DNA of 64,000 nucleotides, taken from positions 50,656,001-50,720,000 of the forward strand of contig NC_087447.1 in the NCBI RefSeq assembly GCF_036321535.1, read 5' to 3'. The first letter of the stretch is position 1. Each line of letters opens with the position of its first letter. The position numbers and the translations under genes were made by a program. Below are positions 14,066 to 26,520 of this stretch, piece by piece. Origin of the DNA: Camelus dromedarius (lineage: Eukaryota). The notes under the pieces were generated by a model, which did no database searches, was not told the DNA's origin, and saw only the letters and a program-made list of their open reading frames with translations.

Positions 14066-16254
14066 TTCTTTCAGGGCAATGATACGTTACTAAAGAAAAA
14101 GAAAGTAATAAAACTCTGATCACTTATCTTTGGGGAGGGATTCCTAAGTCTTGATCAGTAACTTGGAGGCAGTGTAGCAGTCAATTTTTTTCCTCTTGTG
14201 CCTACTATATATGAGAATGACCTAGTTAAAAAAACATTTTTTGCATATTTTAAGGCAATTTAGGAAATTTTTATGGCATTGTGAAAAACTTAATGAAAAT
14301 AGTAGACAGTGTCCTCAGTGAGATTTTAATAATAGTAAATAGTTTGTATTTTCATTAAAGTTAGTTTAGTCTAAAATTTTAAATACATTTTACAGGCCCT
14401 ATTATAAATTCATGATTTTTAACTGATACATTTCAACTGTAAGTAAATGAAGAGCCAATGAAAAATTATAGTGAAATTATTTTGAAGTGAAGGATGAATT
14501 TGTTACATCAAATTAATTTGAGAGTAAAGAATGATTCTATTATGTCATAATTGAACTACATCTAAAGTAATGGCTAGCTATTAGATTTTAATATATTTAC
14601 TATTTTGTAAATTTGATACTAGTTTAATTTGCATAAGGGCAGTGTCCGTCTGATTTTCCTTTGTATTCTCTTATAGTGCATTTCAAAGTAGATACAAGAT
14701 GTAAGTATTTGCTATTGAATGAGTGAATGAATATAAGGCTACTACTCTTAAGAAATTTAATTTAAGGAGTAAGACATAAATACCTGTATTCTGATTTAAT
14801 AAAAAGAGAGCTATCTTTGCAAGGCAATCTGTGCTCAGTGCCAGATGAGAGGTTAGAATAGTAAGTGCTGTAAGAAGAGGCAGTGACCATTTTCAGCAGG
14901 ATGATTAGGCAAAACTAACTTTATTGGGTTGGGCCCTGAAAGGAAAGTTTCAGTAAAAATGGAGAGGAAGTAGGGATTATGAAAATAAACGTTTTCAGAT
15001 TTTGTTATTTCAATAATGCCTCTTTATCCTGATCATAGTTTGGAAACATCTCCCTTTTTGACCTTTGGATAAATCTAAAATCTTCGTTTCATCAACTGTT
15101 TCTCCAGATGGTCTTATTTCGTTTGTTCTTTTGACTCCTTTCTTCTCCATCATTCTTATCTGTTAACAGTTTATTCTCACTGTTCAGCTCTCATTTTAGA
15201 GCCTTCTTAAAAGCAGCATTATAGACAGGTAATGTTCTATTTGCTGAGTCTTTCCTCTCCCCTATAATCTCCAGCTTGTTAGGGACGAGCTCCCAAGTTC
15301 TTCTCTTACCTCTTTACCACTATGTAATTGGCCTTTCTTCCCAAACCTAAATTCCTCTTGAATTTAATATGATCATTTACATTTTTATCATATGTGGTTT
15401 TAAAGTATTTTTATTGTAGTTAACATGCAATAAAGTGAAAGTGTACCATATTTTAAAAAATAATGTGGTAAAACAGTTTTCATAAATTAAATAATGTTTT
15501 TGAAGCTACTATATGTGCTCTGAAGGAAATAGGGTGCTTCTTGTATTGTTAGTGATAAATATTTTTTATCTTTCCCTCGTTCAAGGCATAGCTGAAGTGC
15601 TACCTCCTTACCAAAACCTTTCTTGAGTCCCATTCTTCCCTCTAAGTATGTTGTTTGTGCTCTTTGGTGCTGCCATTCTCCCTGACTAGTTGTTTACCTA
15701 TCTTTCCTAATAAATTGTATGTATACTTTCTCAGGAGAGGAACCAGGGTTGCTAACCTTTCTTTCCATATCCTAACTCAGTGCCTTGCCCGTGGAAAATA
15801 CTTAATGAACGTTTGTCAAAATAAACTGAATTTGTGTTTATTGTTTTTAAAAGTAAGACATACCTGTATTAGTTTCTTGCATTTATATAATGGTTGTTTT
15901 CTTTTTAACTTAATGAATCAGAGTACTCAACTTTCCTTGTTATTGGTCTGGGTTGGAAGATAAACTTTCTCCGTTGTGACAGCTGTTCTTGAGCTGGTCC
16001 AAGTACCAAGACAGTTTCCAGGCAGCATTTAATTCTTAACAGAGCAAGGTTGTGGAAGCTCCTGTATAATGTTGAATGGATCTTTCTCGTATCAGAAATT
16101 ATATGTGTATTTGATTATATTGTTTTCATCATATTTAATTAAGTAATATTTTCCTCTGTTGTACAGGTTAGGAAACTAAGGCTTAAGCATAAATAAGTTG
16201 CCCAAGTCCACCCAGCAAGACAGTGGTAGTACGTATGAGCAAAATGTTGCTTTC

Positions 16255-17271
16255 TAACATGAAAAATGATCAATATCGCTAATTATCAGAGAAATGAATA
16301 TCGCCTCACACCAGTCAGAATGGCCATCATTAAAAAATCCACAAATGGGGGAGGGTATAGTTCAGTGGTAGAGTGCCTGCTTAGTTAGCATGCACGAGGT
16401 CCTGGGTTCAATCCCCGGTACCTCCATTTAAATAAATAAATAAATAAATAAACCAAATTCCCCACCCCCCAAAATAATTTAAACATTTAAAAACAAACAA
16501 ACAAATAAATAAATATCCACAAACAATAAATGCTGGAGAGGGTGTGGAGAAAAGGAATCCTCCTATGCTGTTGGTGGGAATGTAGTTTAGTGCAGCCATT
16601 ATGGAAAACAGTGTGGAGATTCTTTAAAAAACTAAAAACAGACTTACCATATGATCCAGCAATCTCTCTCCTGAGCATATACCCAGAGGAAGCTCTAACT
16701 AAAAAATATACATGCACCCCAGTGTTCACAGCAGCACTATTTACAATAGCGAAGACATGGAAACAACCTAAATGTCTGTTAACCGATGACTGGATAAAGA
16801 AGTCATGTATACATACGATGGAATACTACTTAGCCATACAAAAAATTAAAATAATGCCATCTGCAGCAACATGAATGGACCTGGAGATTATCATACTAAG
16901 TGAAGTAAGCCAGACAGGGAAAAAAAAATCCCATATGATATCACTTATATGTGGAACTTAGAAAGGACACAAATGAACTTATCTACGAGACAGAAACAGA
17001 CTCAGACATAGAAAACAAACTTATGGTTCTCATAGGGGAAAAGGGGTGGGAAGAGAGAAATTGGGAGTTTGAGATTTGCAGATACTAACTACTATATATA
17101 AAATAGACAACAAATTTCTACTGTATAGCATAGGGAACTGTATTCAATATCTTGTAGTAACCTACAATGAAAAAGAATATGAAAAGAATATATGTATGTA
17201 CACGTATGACTGAAACATGCTGTACACCAGAAATTGACACAGCATTGTTAATTGACTATACTTCAATCAAG
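16255..17271 (+). mobile_element. 5'-truncated L1 (about 1 kb) hosting a SINE
   Basis: ORF2 C-terminus ([18 protein letters not shown]), 3'UTR; TSD AAAATGTTGC(T/C)TTC at 16241-16254 and 17272-17285. Confidence 0.9.
16347..16510 (+). mobile_element. tRNA-derived SINE, camelid vic-1 type
   Basis: GGGGGAGGGTATAGTTCAGTGGTAGAG (A box)...GGGTTCAATCCC (B box), (TAAA)n tail; TSD AAA(A/T)ATCCACAAA at 16333-16345 and 16511-16523. Confidence 0.85.
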
Positions 17272-17658
17272 AAAATGTTGCCTTCCATAAATTGAAGAGA
17301 TTAATTAGATGATCTTCCTGTCTTTTTCCAGCTCCAAAGACTCTGAAGTTCTTGGAATCTTTAACATTATTTGAACATGTGCATAAGCAGTAAAATATTT
17401 GACAAAATGAAGTTGCTTTAGGGAAAGTACTGGGTTGCTTTCAAGCTCAAACCATTTACTGCTTTCATCTTGCTTATTTGCTGACTGTTCAGGAGGGCTC
17501 CTCACAGTGGCGATAAAATAGTACAGATCACTTTTTTAACTTCACCAGGTTTTAATGCTTCTTTTATTTATCCTTAGCTCTGGGTGGTGGTTACACAATT
17601 ATTAATACAACTGAGCTCTAAATTGTCTACCCAGTTGTCCCTTGGCTCTATGTGTTCT

Positions 17659-17870
17659 TTTTTTTTAATTAATTTTTAAAAAATTTTTAATTGAAGTATA
17701 GTTGATTTACAATGTTAGTTTGTAACGTTAGTGTTAGTTTCTGATATACAGCATAGTGTTTAGTTATACATATATATGTATATATACCCCTTTTCATATT
17801 CTTTTTTGATAGAGGTTATTACAAGATACTGAATATAGTTCCCTGTGCTATACAGTATGACCTTGTCTGG
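17659..17870 (-). mobile_element. Short L1 3'UTR insertion
   Basis: Poly-T then reverse L1 3' end; about 15-bp TSD GGCT(C/T)T(A/G)TGTGTTCT at 17644-17658 and 17871-17885. Confidence 0.8.
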
Positions 17871-18019
17871 GGCTTTGTGTGTTCTGACAAACTTGGGAGC
17901 AATGTTAGCACTGCTGAGCACACTGGCTCCACCTACTGTCATTGCTGAGGCAAATATCTTCCTACAGTATCTTCATTCAGAGTTGTTTCAAACTTACTCT
18001 TTTGCACATTACCTTTTTC

Positions 18020-21000
18020 CCCTGGTATATACAAGGGCTTATTTCTGGGCTATCTATTCAGTTCTGTTGGTCTTTGTACCTGTTTTTGTGCCAGTCCCAT
18101 ATTGTTTTGACTACTGTAACTTTGTAGTTTTGTTTGAAATCAAGAAGTATGATGCCTCTGGCTTTGTTCTTAAGATTTCTTTGGCCATTAGGGATCTTTT
18201 GTGGCTCCACACAAAGTTAAAGATTGTTTTTTCTTTTTTTTTTGAAAAATACCTTTGGAATTTGGATAGGAATTGGCATTGTATCTAGATGGCGTTGGAT
18301 AGTATGGACACTTTAATATTATTTCTTCCAACCCATGAGCTTGGGATATCTTTCCATTTGTTATGTGTCTTCTTCAATTTCTTTCATCAAGATCTTGTAA
18401 TTTTCAGTGTAAAGATCTTTCACCTCTTTGTTTAAATTTAGTTCTAAGTTTTTTTTTGATGACATTGTGAATGGGATTTTTTTTTCATTTTCAGATGTTT
18501 TGTTATTGTATAGAAACACAACTGTTACTCATAGACATAGAATACAAACTTGTGGTTGCCAGGGGGGAGGGGGCTGGAAAGAAGCAGACTGGGAGTTCAA
18601 AATTTGTAGATACTGACAGGCATATGTAGAATAGATAAACAAGATTATACTGTATAGCACAGGGAAGTATATACAAGATCTTGTGGTAGCTCACAGCGAA
18701 AAAAAAAGTGACAATGAATATATATATGTTCTCGTATAACTGAAAAATTGTGCTCTACGCTGGAAGTTGACACATTGTAAACTGACTATAGCTCAATTAA
18801 AAATGTTTAAAAAAATTAAAAAGGAAAGAAAGAAAAAAGAAACACAACTGTTTTTTTATGTTGATTTTGTATCCTGCAGTTTTACTGAATGCTTTCATTA
18901 CTTCTAGCAGTTTTTTGGTGGAGTCTTCAGGATTTTCTGTATGAGATTATATCATCTGTAAACAAAGACAGTTTTTCTTCTTCCTTTCCAATTTGGATGT
19001 CTTTTTGAAAAGTTATATATATTTTTTGCCTGACTGATCTGGCTGGGACTTCCAGTACTATGTTAAATTGGAACAGTGAGGGTAGGCACTTTGCCTTGTT
19101 CTTGATCTTAGAGGAAAAGCTTTCAGCCTTTTAGTCTTGAATGTGATGTTGGCTGTGGGTTTGTCATTTGTGGCCCTTATTGTTTTGAGGTGTGTTCCTT
19201 CTGTAACTAATTTGTTGAGAGGATATTGTATTTTTTCAAATGCTATTTCTGCATCTATTGAGATAACCTGACTTTTATCTTTTATCGTATTAATGTGATA
19301 TATCACATTTATTGATTTGCATATGTTGACTCATCCTTGCATCCCAGAAATAAATCCCACTTGATCATGGTGTGTGACCCTTGTAATGTGCTGTTGCATT
19401 CAGTTTATGAATATTTTGTTGAGAATTGTTGCATCAATATTCATCAGAAATATTGGTCTGTAATTTTTTTCTTGAGTGTCCTTATCTGGCTTTGGTATCA
19501 GGGTAATGTTATACTCATAAAATGAGTTTGAGAAGATTTCGGGTTAATTCTTCTTGAAATGTTTGATAGATTTCACCATTGAAACCACTTATTCTCAGCT
19601 TTTCTGTGTTGGTAGATTTTTGATTACTAATTCAGTCTTTCTTGTTATTGGTCTATCAGTTTCAAAGGACTATTCTGTTTCTTCCTGATTCATTCTTGGT
19701 GGATTGTATATATCTAGGAATTTTTCCATTTCTTCTATGTTTTCTAATTTGTTCATAGTAGTCTCATGATCCTTTGTATTTCTGTGGTATTAGTTGTAAT
19801 ATCCTCTTTCATTTCTGATTTTATTTGAGTCCTCGCTCTCATTTTCTGAGTTAACCTAGTTAAAAGTTTATCAATTTTGTTTATCTTTAAAAAAAAACCA
19901 GCTCTTTATTTCACTTATTTCCATTCTGATCTTTATTTCTTTCCTTTTCTTAACTTTGAGCTTAGTTTGTTCTTTTTCTAGTCCCTTGAGATGTAATGTT
20001 AGGTTGTTTATTTGAGATATTTTTCTTAATATAGGCATTTATTGCTATAAACTTTGCTTTTACAACTTCTTTAGCTGTGTCCTGTAAGTTTTGGTATGCT
20101 ATGTTTCTGTTTTCATTTGTTTCAAGTTATTTTTTATTTACCTTTCGATTTCTTGTTTGCACGATTGGTTGTTCAGGAGTGTGTTAATTTCCACATATTT
20201 GTGAATTTCTAGTTTTCTTCCTGTTATTGATTTTTAGTTTTATATACCATTGTGGTTAGAAAAGATACTTTATATGGTTTCAGTTTTCTTAAAATTTTCC
20301 AGGGCTTGTTTTGTCACATATTATATGAATTGTCTTGGAGAATATTCTGTGTGTGCTTAAGGAAAATGTGCACTCTGCTGCTTCTTGGATGGGATGTTCT
20401 GTATGTGTCTATTAAGCTCTGTTTACTTTTAAGTAGTTGAAGTCCAACTTTTCTGTATTGATTTTCTGTCTGGATGATTCTATCCATTGTTGAAAGTAGA
20501 GTATTGAATTCCCCTGCTATTGTATTGTCTATTTCTACCCTTCAGATCTGTTAGTATTTGCTTAATATATTTAAGTGCTCTGACTTGTGTTCATATGTAT
20601 TTACAACTGATATATTCTTTTGATGAATTGACCCTTTATTATTACATAATGATCTTTGTTTCTTGTTACAGCCTTTGGCATAAAGTCTATTTTGTCTGAT
20701 ATAAGTATAGCTACCCTGCTCTCTTTTGGTTTCCACTTGCGTGGTGTCTTTTTTCATCCATTCACTTTGAGCCCATGTGTGTCCTTAACGTGGAAATAAA
20801 TCTCTTGTAGCCAGCATGTAGTTTGGTCTTGTTTTTTAATCCATCCAGCCACTGTATACATCTTAATCAGAGAATTTTAACTTACTATGTACGTTTAGAG
20901 TACTGCACTATTACTTATAGATAAGGACTTAACTATTTGCCATCTTATTGTTTTATGGCTGTTTTGTAGTTTCCTTATTCCTTTCTTCCTCTCTTGCTTC

Positions 21001-21430
21001 CTTCCTTTGTGAATTGATGATTTTCTGTAGTGGTAGTCTTTGATTCCTTCCTTTTTATCTGTTGTATCTACTGTAGGTTTTTACTTTGTGGTTGCCATGA
21101 GGCTTAAATAAAGCAACTTATAGGTTTAGCAATCTTTTTTACATTAATAACAACTTCACATACTAAAACTCTACCCTTTTACTCCCCCTCTTTAGGTTTT
21201 TGATATCACAATTTACCTGGTTTTTATTGTGTATTCATTAACAAATTATTGAAGCTATAGTTATTTTTAATACTTTTGTCCTTTCATCTTTAGACTAAAG
21301 TGATTAATACACCATCATCTTACAGTATTAGAGTACTCTGAATTTGACTATATACTTACCTTTACCAATGTGTTGTACATTTTTATATATTTTCATGTTA
21401 CTAAGTAACACTCTTTCATTTCAGCTTGAA
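18020..21430 (-). mobile_element. Old L1 internal fragment (ORF2 and spacer), degenerate
   Basis: Minus-strand ORF2 remnants e.g. [29 protein letters not shown]. Confidence 0.8.
18527..18837 (+). mobile_element. Young 5'-truncated L1 (3'UTR only) nested in old L1
   Basis: Perfect 15-bp TSD AGAAACACAACTGTT (18512-18526, 18838-18852); 3'UTR type matches the L1 at 3022-10233. Confidence 0.92.
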
Positions 21431-21444
21431 CAACTTTCTTATCT

Positions 21445-21835
21445 TGTAATGTAAAAATTTATAGCTATAAATTTCCCTCTTAGCACTGCTTTTTGCTACA
21501 CCTCATTAATTTTGATATGTTGTGTATTCATTTTAATTCTTTAAGTATTTTCTAATTTCCCTTGTGATTTCTTCTTTGATCCTTTGGTTGTTTAAGAATG
21601 TTTTGTTTAATTTCCACAGGTTGGTGAATTTTCCAGTTTCCCTTTTGTTATTTATTTCTGACTTCATTTTGCTGTGGTTGGAGGAGATATATTATATGAT
21701 AACTGTCTTTTTAAGTCTAATGAGACTTAATTTATGGCCTAACATATTAACTATTCTGGAAAATGTTTCCTGTGTATTTGAGAAGAATGTATATGCTGTT
21801 GTTGTAGGGTAGAGTGTTCTGTATATGTCCATTAA
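21445..21835 (-). mobile_element. Ancient L1 ORF2 fragment
   Basis: atagctataaatttccctcttagcactgctttt...tttgagaagaatgtatat typical reverse L1 endonuclease region. Confidence 0.7.
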
Positions 21836-22609
21836 TTGACACTAGTTTTGATATCAGCTCCTGTGTTGAAAATTGTTCATTTGGAATTTTGAATGTATTG
21901 TGCCACTTTATTCCCAGCATAAATGTATAAAATATTGCTTAGAATCAATGTATAAAATAGTTTAGCCATCTCTTTCCCCACTTTACTACTTATTTCTGCT
22001 ACTGGAGTTTTTATTGTTTTTTTGCTATTCGTATTTCAACTTTGTTTTTGTAAAGAAAGGAACAAAAATCAGATCAAGACCCATTTGCCTTTCGTGTTTT
22101 ACTAGAAACAGAAAGCAGAAACTAAAGACATTACCACCAAAAGTAAACTTTAAAAGGACTTATAAAATGCAAACTATGATTTGTTGCCATTTGATTTGAG
22201 AGACAAAATTAACTCAGTTCTGTATTTTATCTTGTCATTGTTATCCATGGACCACTGTTTTAATAGCGTTGGTGTAAGCTGCCCTCTCCAACTCATTTTT
22301 TGCTGTATCTTTGAGGTTATTTCTGAGATACTTTTCATTTTTACCTTGAGAATTTAGAATTTCCTTTAGTGTATGTTCTGGTTGAAATTTCGTAGTTTCA
22401 TTTGTCTGAAGGTATCTTTATTTTACTTGGATTTTTGTAAGAAACTTTTGTTGAGTTGAGAATTATTTTCCTTTAGCATCTTGTAAATGTCTTTCCACCA
22501 TCTTTCTGAGAAATCACCTGTTTAATTTTTGTTAAGGATCAAGGGCGTGTATCTTTATTTAAAGTAGTATTAATTAATCTCATTATCTTCTTGTGTTTTT
22601 CTCTTATAG

Positions 22610-22720
22610 GGAATACAGTGAGTAACCTGATTATGATTATACCTCCAATTTTTGGTGCAATTCAGAGTATTAGAGATGGACTGGAAAAGCGGTACATTGC
22701 TTCCTATTTAGCACTCACAG
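22610..22720 (+). CDS. ACER3: Alkaline ceramidase 3, internal coding exon (human exon 2 orthologue), 111 bp
   Basis: Polypyrimidine tract + TATAG acceptor (AG 22608-22609), donor GTATGT at 22721; translates (W)NTVSNLIMIIPPIFGAIQSIRDGLEKRYIASYLALT(V), matching ACER3 as recalled. Confidence 0.96.
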
Positions 22721-23759
22721 GTATGTGTAACACTTCATCTAAAAAATGATGTGCAGTATTCAAATGGACTGTTTTTCTCATTCCTAAAATTGTTTCCAAT
22801 TTTGTGTTGTTTATTGCATAACTTGAGCATATTCTGAAACTTCTGAATTAGACCTCCACAAATCTTGCCAATAAATTGAACTGCATTTTTAATTAAAAAA
22901 TTTACATAACAAGATATATCAAGCATACAGGAAAGAATAGAAACAATATAATAAATATACCCATGTATCTTGGCATCCTGTTTCATCAGATCCTAATACT
23001 TTGAAATACTTGTTTCAGATCTTAACTTTTTCTTTTTTAAAGAAATAAACTACTGTAGTAAAATTGAAGCTCCCTTTGTATTCCTGCCTGATTTTATTCC
23101 CATCATCTTCCCAGACTACCATCCCAGAGTTAACCTCTATACTGAATTTGATTATCATTTTCTCACATGTTTTTGTATTTGTACTACATATGTATGTATC
23201 CTTAAAAGTAAAGTATGGTTCACATATTTTTAAACATTTTTTAAAGAATATGCTACTGTATCTAACTTTCTGCAATTTATTCCTACTTGTCTGTGAGGCA
23301 GGGACTATGTCTTAGTTATCTTTGTATCCCTATTGTCTGTCAATTTAGTGGTCCTCAGTAAATGTTGAATGGAGGAATGAGTGAACTTTACCAGAGCCTA
23401 TCATGGGAAAATCACTGTCATATTCTTGGATTACCATCATAAAGACAAATACAGCCAAGAAAGTGGATTCTAGTTTCTTTCTTTTATATATAAATTTCTA
23501 AACACAATTTCTTTTGTTTTAGCTCAAGGTATATATCACTTACACATTGGCAGAAAAGACTTCTAATTACCACAAAACTGTAAGCTATAGTATATCATAT
23601 CAGAGTCTATGTGATTATATTAGTCATTACATATGAGAGACTTGAATTTCTGAATCTATTTTTCATATGTGTGGTGTTTTGAGAAAGCTACTTGATTCAT
23701 CTTCAAAAGGAAGACTTGTCCTCAAACTTAGTCCTTTGCTTTATTTCCTGGGGTGTTTC

Positions 23760-26520
23760 AAGAATGTTTATAAAATACCAACAAATCACAATAAGAATAA
23801 AAAGATTTGAGGGACTTTGAGGTTGCCCTAGAAAAACAGTGGCTTCCTGAGTTAGAATTTGTCCACTCATCCTCCTAGAAAACTATATAGATTAAGAATG
23901 AAAGTAAATAAAATCCACACTTTCAGACTTACTAGGAGAGCAATAATGCTATGAACTTCAAATAATTTTTAAACAAGAAAGAGGAAGATACCCTTTGGAG
24001 ATACGTTTAAGTGTAGGGAAAGAAGGAAGTTAGAGGGAGGAATTAAGATCCTACCGAAACAGAAAAACTAAAACACATTAGATCCTTCTCCCTGCACCCC
24101 TTACTCCAAACAAATATATATGGAAAAGGACACTAAGCTTTATTATTCTGACAGAAGAGGGCAGTCTTGAGCTAGGAATCTTTTAAGCTACCCCAAACCT
24201 TTACTCTTTGCACAAAATGGACCCCCCAAAAGCAGCCTACATCCGTATAAAGTTACTGTAATAAGAAAACAGAAAATGAGAATCAAAACCTTTTGGCTTA
24301 TGGAAGTTCTTCCCCTACAACTAATATAAAGCAGAAAGAAACTGTAGCATGATACCCCTAACTGAGTTAAATAGCCTCAAACAAAAAAACGAGTAAAAAA
24401 TTTAAAACTAATAACAGAAATAGATCCTTCAGCCCCTGCAAAAGAAAAAAAAAAACTAGAATTGGTTAAACTTAGGAAAGAAATTAAAGCTGAATTACAG
24501 TGTGTTAAATATTTAATAAGGGCTATTTTTAAAAGGCAGGGAAACAAGCAAGAGAATGAAAATGAGCTAAAGAAATAAAAAGGGTCAGAGAGAAAGTGAT
24601 TGAAATAGGAGACAAGCAAAGAAGATTCAGTATACCTGTAATTGAGTTCTCTGAAGAGGAAAAATAAAACAATGAAACAAATCTTATGTATTTAATTAAT
24701 AAATATAATACAGTTTATATTTAAAACTGTGATTTTAAATTAATTTAAAAAAAGACTTTTTGGAAATGAAAGAAGACCCAACTCTACATACTGAAAGGTC
24801 CATTTTTACCTCATAAAACTGACTTGAAATGGTCATCTCTGAAAAAGCCTAGTAAAACTACTGGGTTTTAAAAATGAAAAAAGTCCTCACAGCTCTAGGG
24901 AAGAAGACCAGACTACTTACAAGGGCAAGAAAATTAGGAAGGCACTAGACCTCATCAGCAACATATAAATAAAGGCACCAGTGGAGCAGCACTTTCAGTG
25001 CAAACCAAGGATTTTATAATCCAACCAAGTTGTTTTCACGTTGTTGAAAAACAGTTTTAAACATGCAAGTTTAAGCACTGCACACGACTCCTTCCTGATG
25101 AACCAGGAGTACTGCACTGTCTAATTTAGTAACTGTTAGCCACATGTTGCAATTTAAATTTAAATGAATTAAAATTAAATAAAATGTAAATTTCAGTTTC
25201 TGTGTCACATTAGCCACATTTCAAGTGCTCAGTAAAATGTTGAACCTTACCTTACTTACTTTATTTACTTTGTCTTTGTTTATCTACTCTTTATTGGTGG
25301 TAGTGTAATGAATATAGCAATTCAGAAGTTACATTTGTATGCATTTTAGGATTAAACAAGTGAGGAAATACGTTGATATTGCTGGGGGCTAGGGTTCTTA
25401 TGTGGAAGAAAGGAAGTATAGATACGAATGGAGGAAGGCGAGGAAGAACCCTGTGGCACTGGATTGAAATTAGAGGTATCAGCATGATTTAAAAAAAAAG
25501 AAAGAAAGAAAAGAAAAGATTTCACGTGTTCTATCCTCTGAAAGGGCCTGGAAGCAATAAGTCTTAAGGAGCAGTGAACGTACTTAGCGCCCACACCTTG
25601 GTTTCTGAAAATCTTTTCTCACTAAAAGGAGCTAAGACTTCTTAAGAGAAACGGCTGATTTCTGGGATAAGGCAGGGAAAGTACAAGATGAGTCTGGAAC
25701 AATTTGTTATGCCAGAAAGTAAGAAAGGGCTGAAAAACAGAGGGAATAATGTCAAAATGACACAGAAGGCTTGGCCATACTGGGACAGTTAGCTTCCAAA
25801 TGAGAAATGACTGTATTGGGTTATATAACACATGGTATGAATAAAGAATGCACAAGGTCATATTGATACTAACAAGCAAACAGACAGATGGTGTGAGAAG
25901 GCGAAAGCTTTCTTTAAAGAGTAGAATTGCCAACTAATAAATGTAAACAGAATTATAGGGTTTTTTTTTAATAAAAGTTATTGTTTTGCAACCATCATAG
26001 TAATGATTCGGACAAGAGTCAGGGAATGCTAAAAACATTGGGTGAAATTGTTTGGGGCACATGATAACTGCACAGCCTGAAAGTATCTCCTGAGGGATTA
26101 CTCATAATTATAAATGGAAAATGATAACACAGAAATCTGCAGATATTGCCTTATTCAAGTAATCAACACTTAAAGTCATTAATTGTATCAACTAACAACT
26201 GGTTCTTCCTGGTGTGATGCACTGAAAAGGAAATAACATCATTTATACAGTATTACTGCCAGAAGTGCATAATCTGAACCAAATAATGAGAAAACAATCA
26301 GAAAAACCCAAATTTTGAGGGATGTTATATAAAGCAACCGACCTGCTTGCTTCACAGAATATTAAAGTCATGAAAGACGAAGGGTGAAGAACTGTTCCAA
26401 ATTAAAAGAGATGTGACAACTAAATGCAGTATATGGCTTTGACTGGATTCTGAATTGCAGCACAAGAAGGAGGTTTAACAGGCAATATTGGGCAAAGCAG
26501 CAAAATTTGAATAAGAATGT
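23760..26520 (+). mobile_element. Ancient L1 remnants (L1MC/L1ME-like ORF1 region and 3' UTR)
   Basis: Degenerate ORF1-like sequence (acttacaagggcaagaaaattagg, ccaaggattttataatccaaccaag) and L1MC-type 3'UTR blocks; boundaries approximate. Confidence 0.55.
25110..25235. mobile_element. hAT-Charlie MITE fragment (MER3-like)
   Basis: tagccacatgtt...aatttaaatttaaat...tagccacatttcaagtgctc. Confidence 0.7.

Noticed and set aside
16347..16427. tRNA-Ala-like gene
   Set aside because: Has a SINE body, A-rich tail and TSD and a disrupted anticodon arm; it is a retroposed SINE
17845..18288. 147-aa hydrophobic ORF
   Set aside because: Spans antisense L1 fragments and a junction; hydrophobicity results from T-rich sequence
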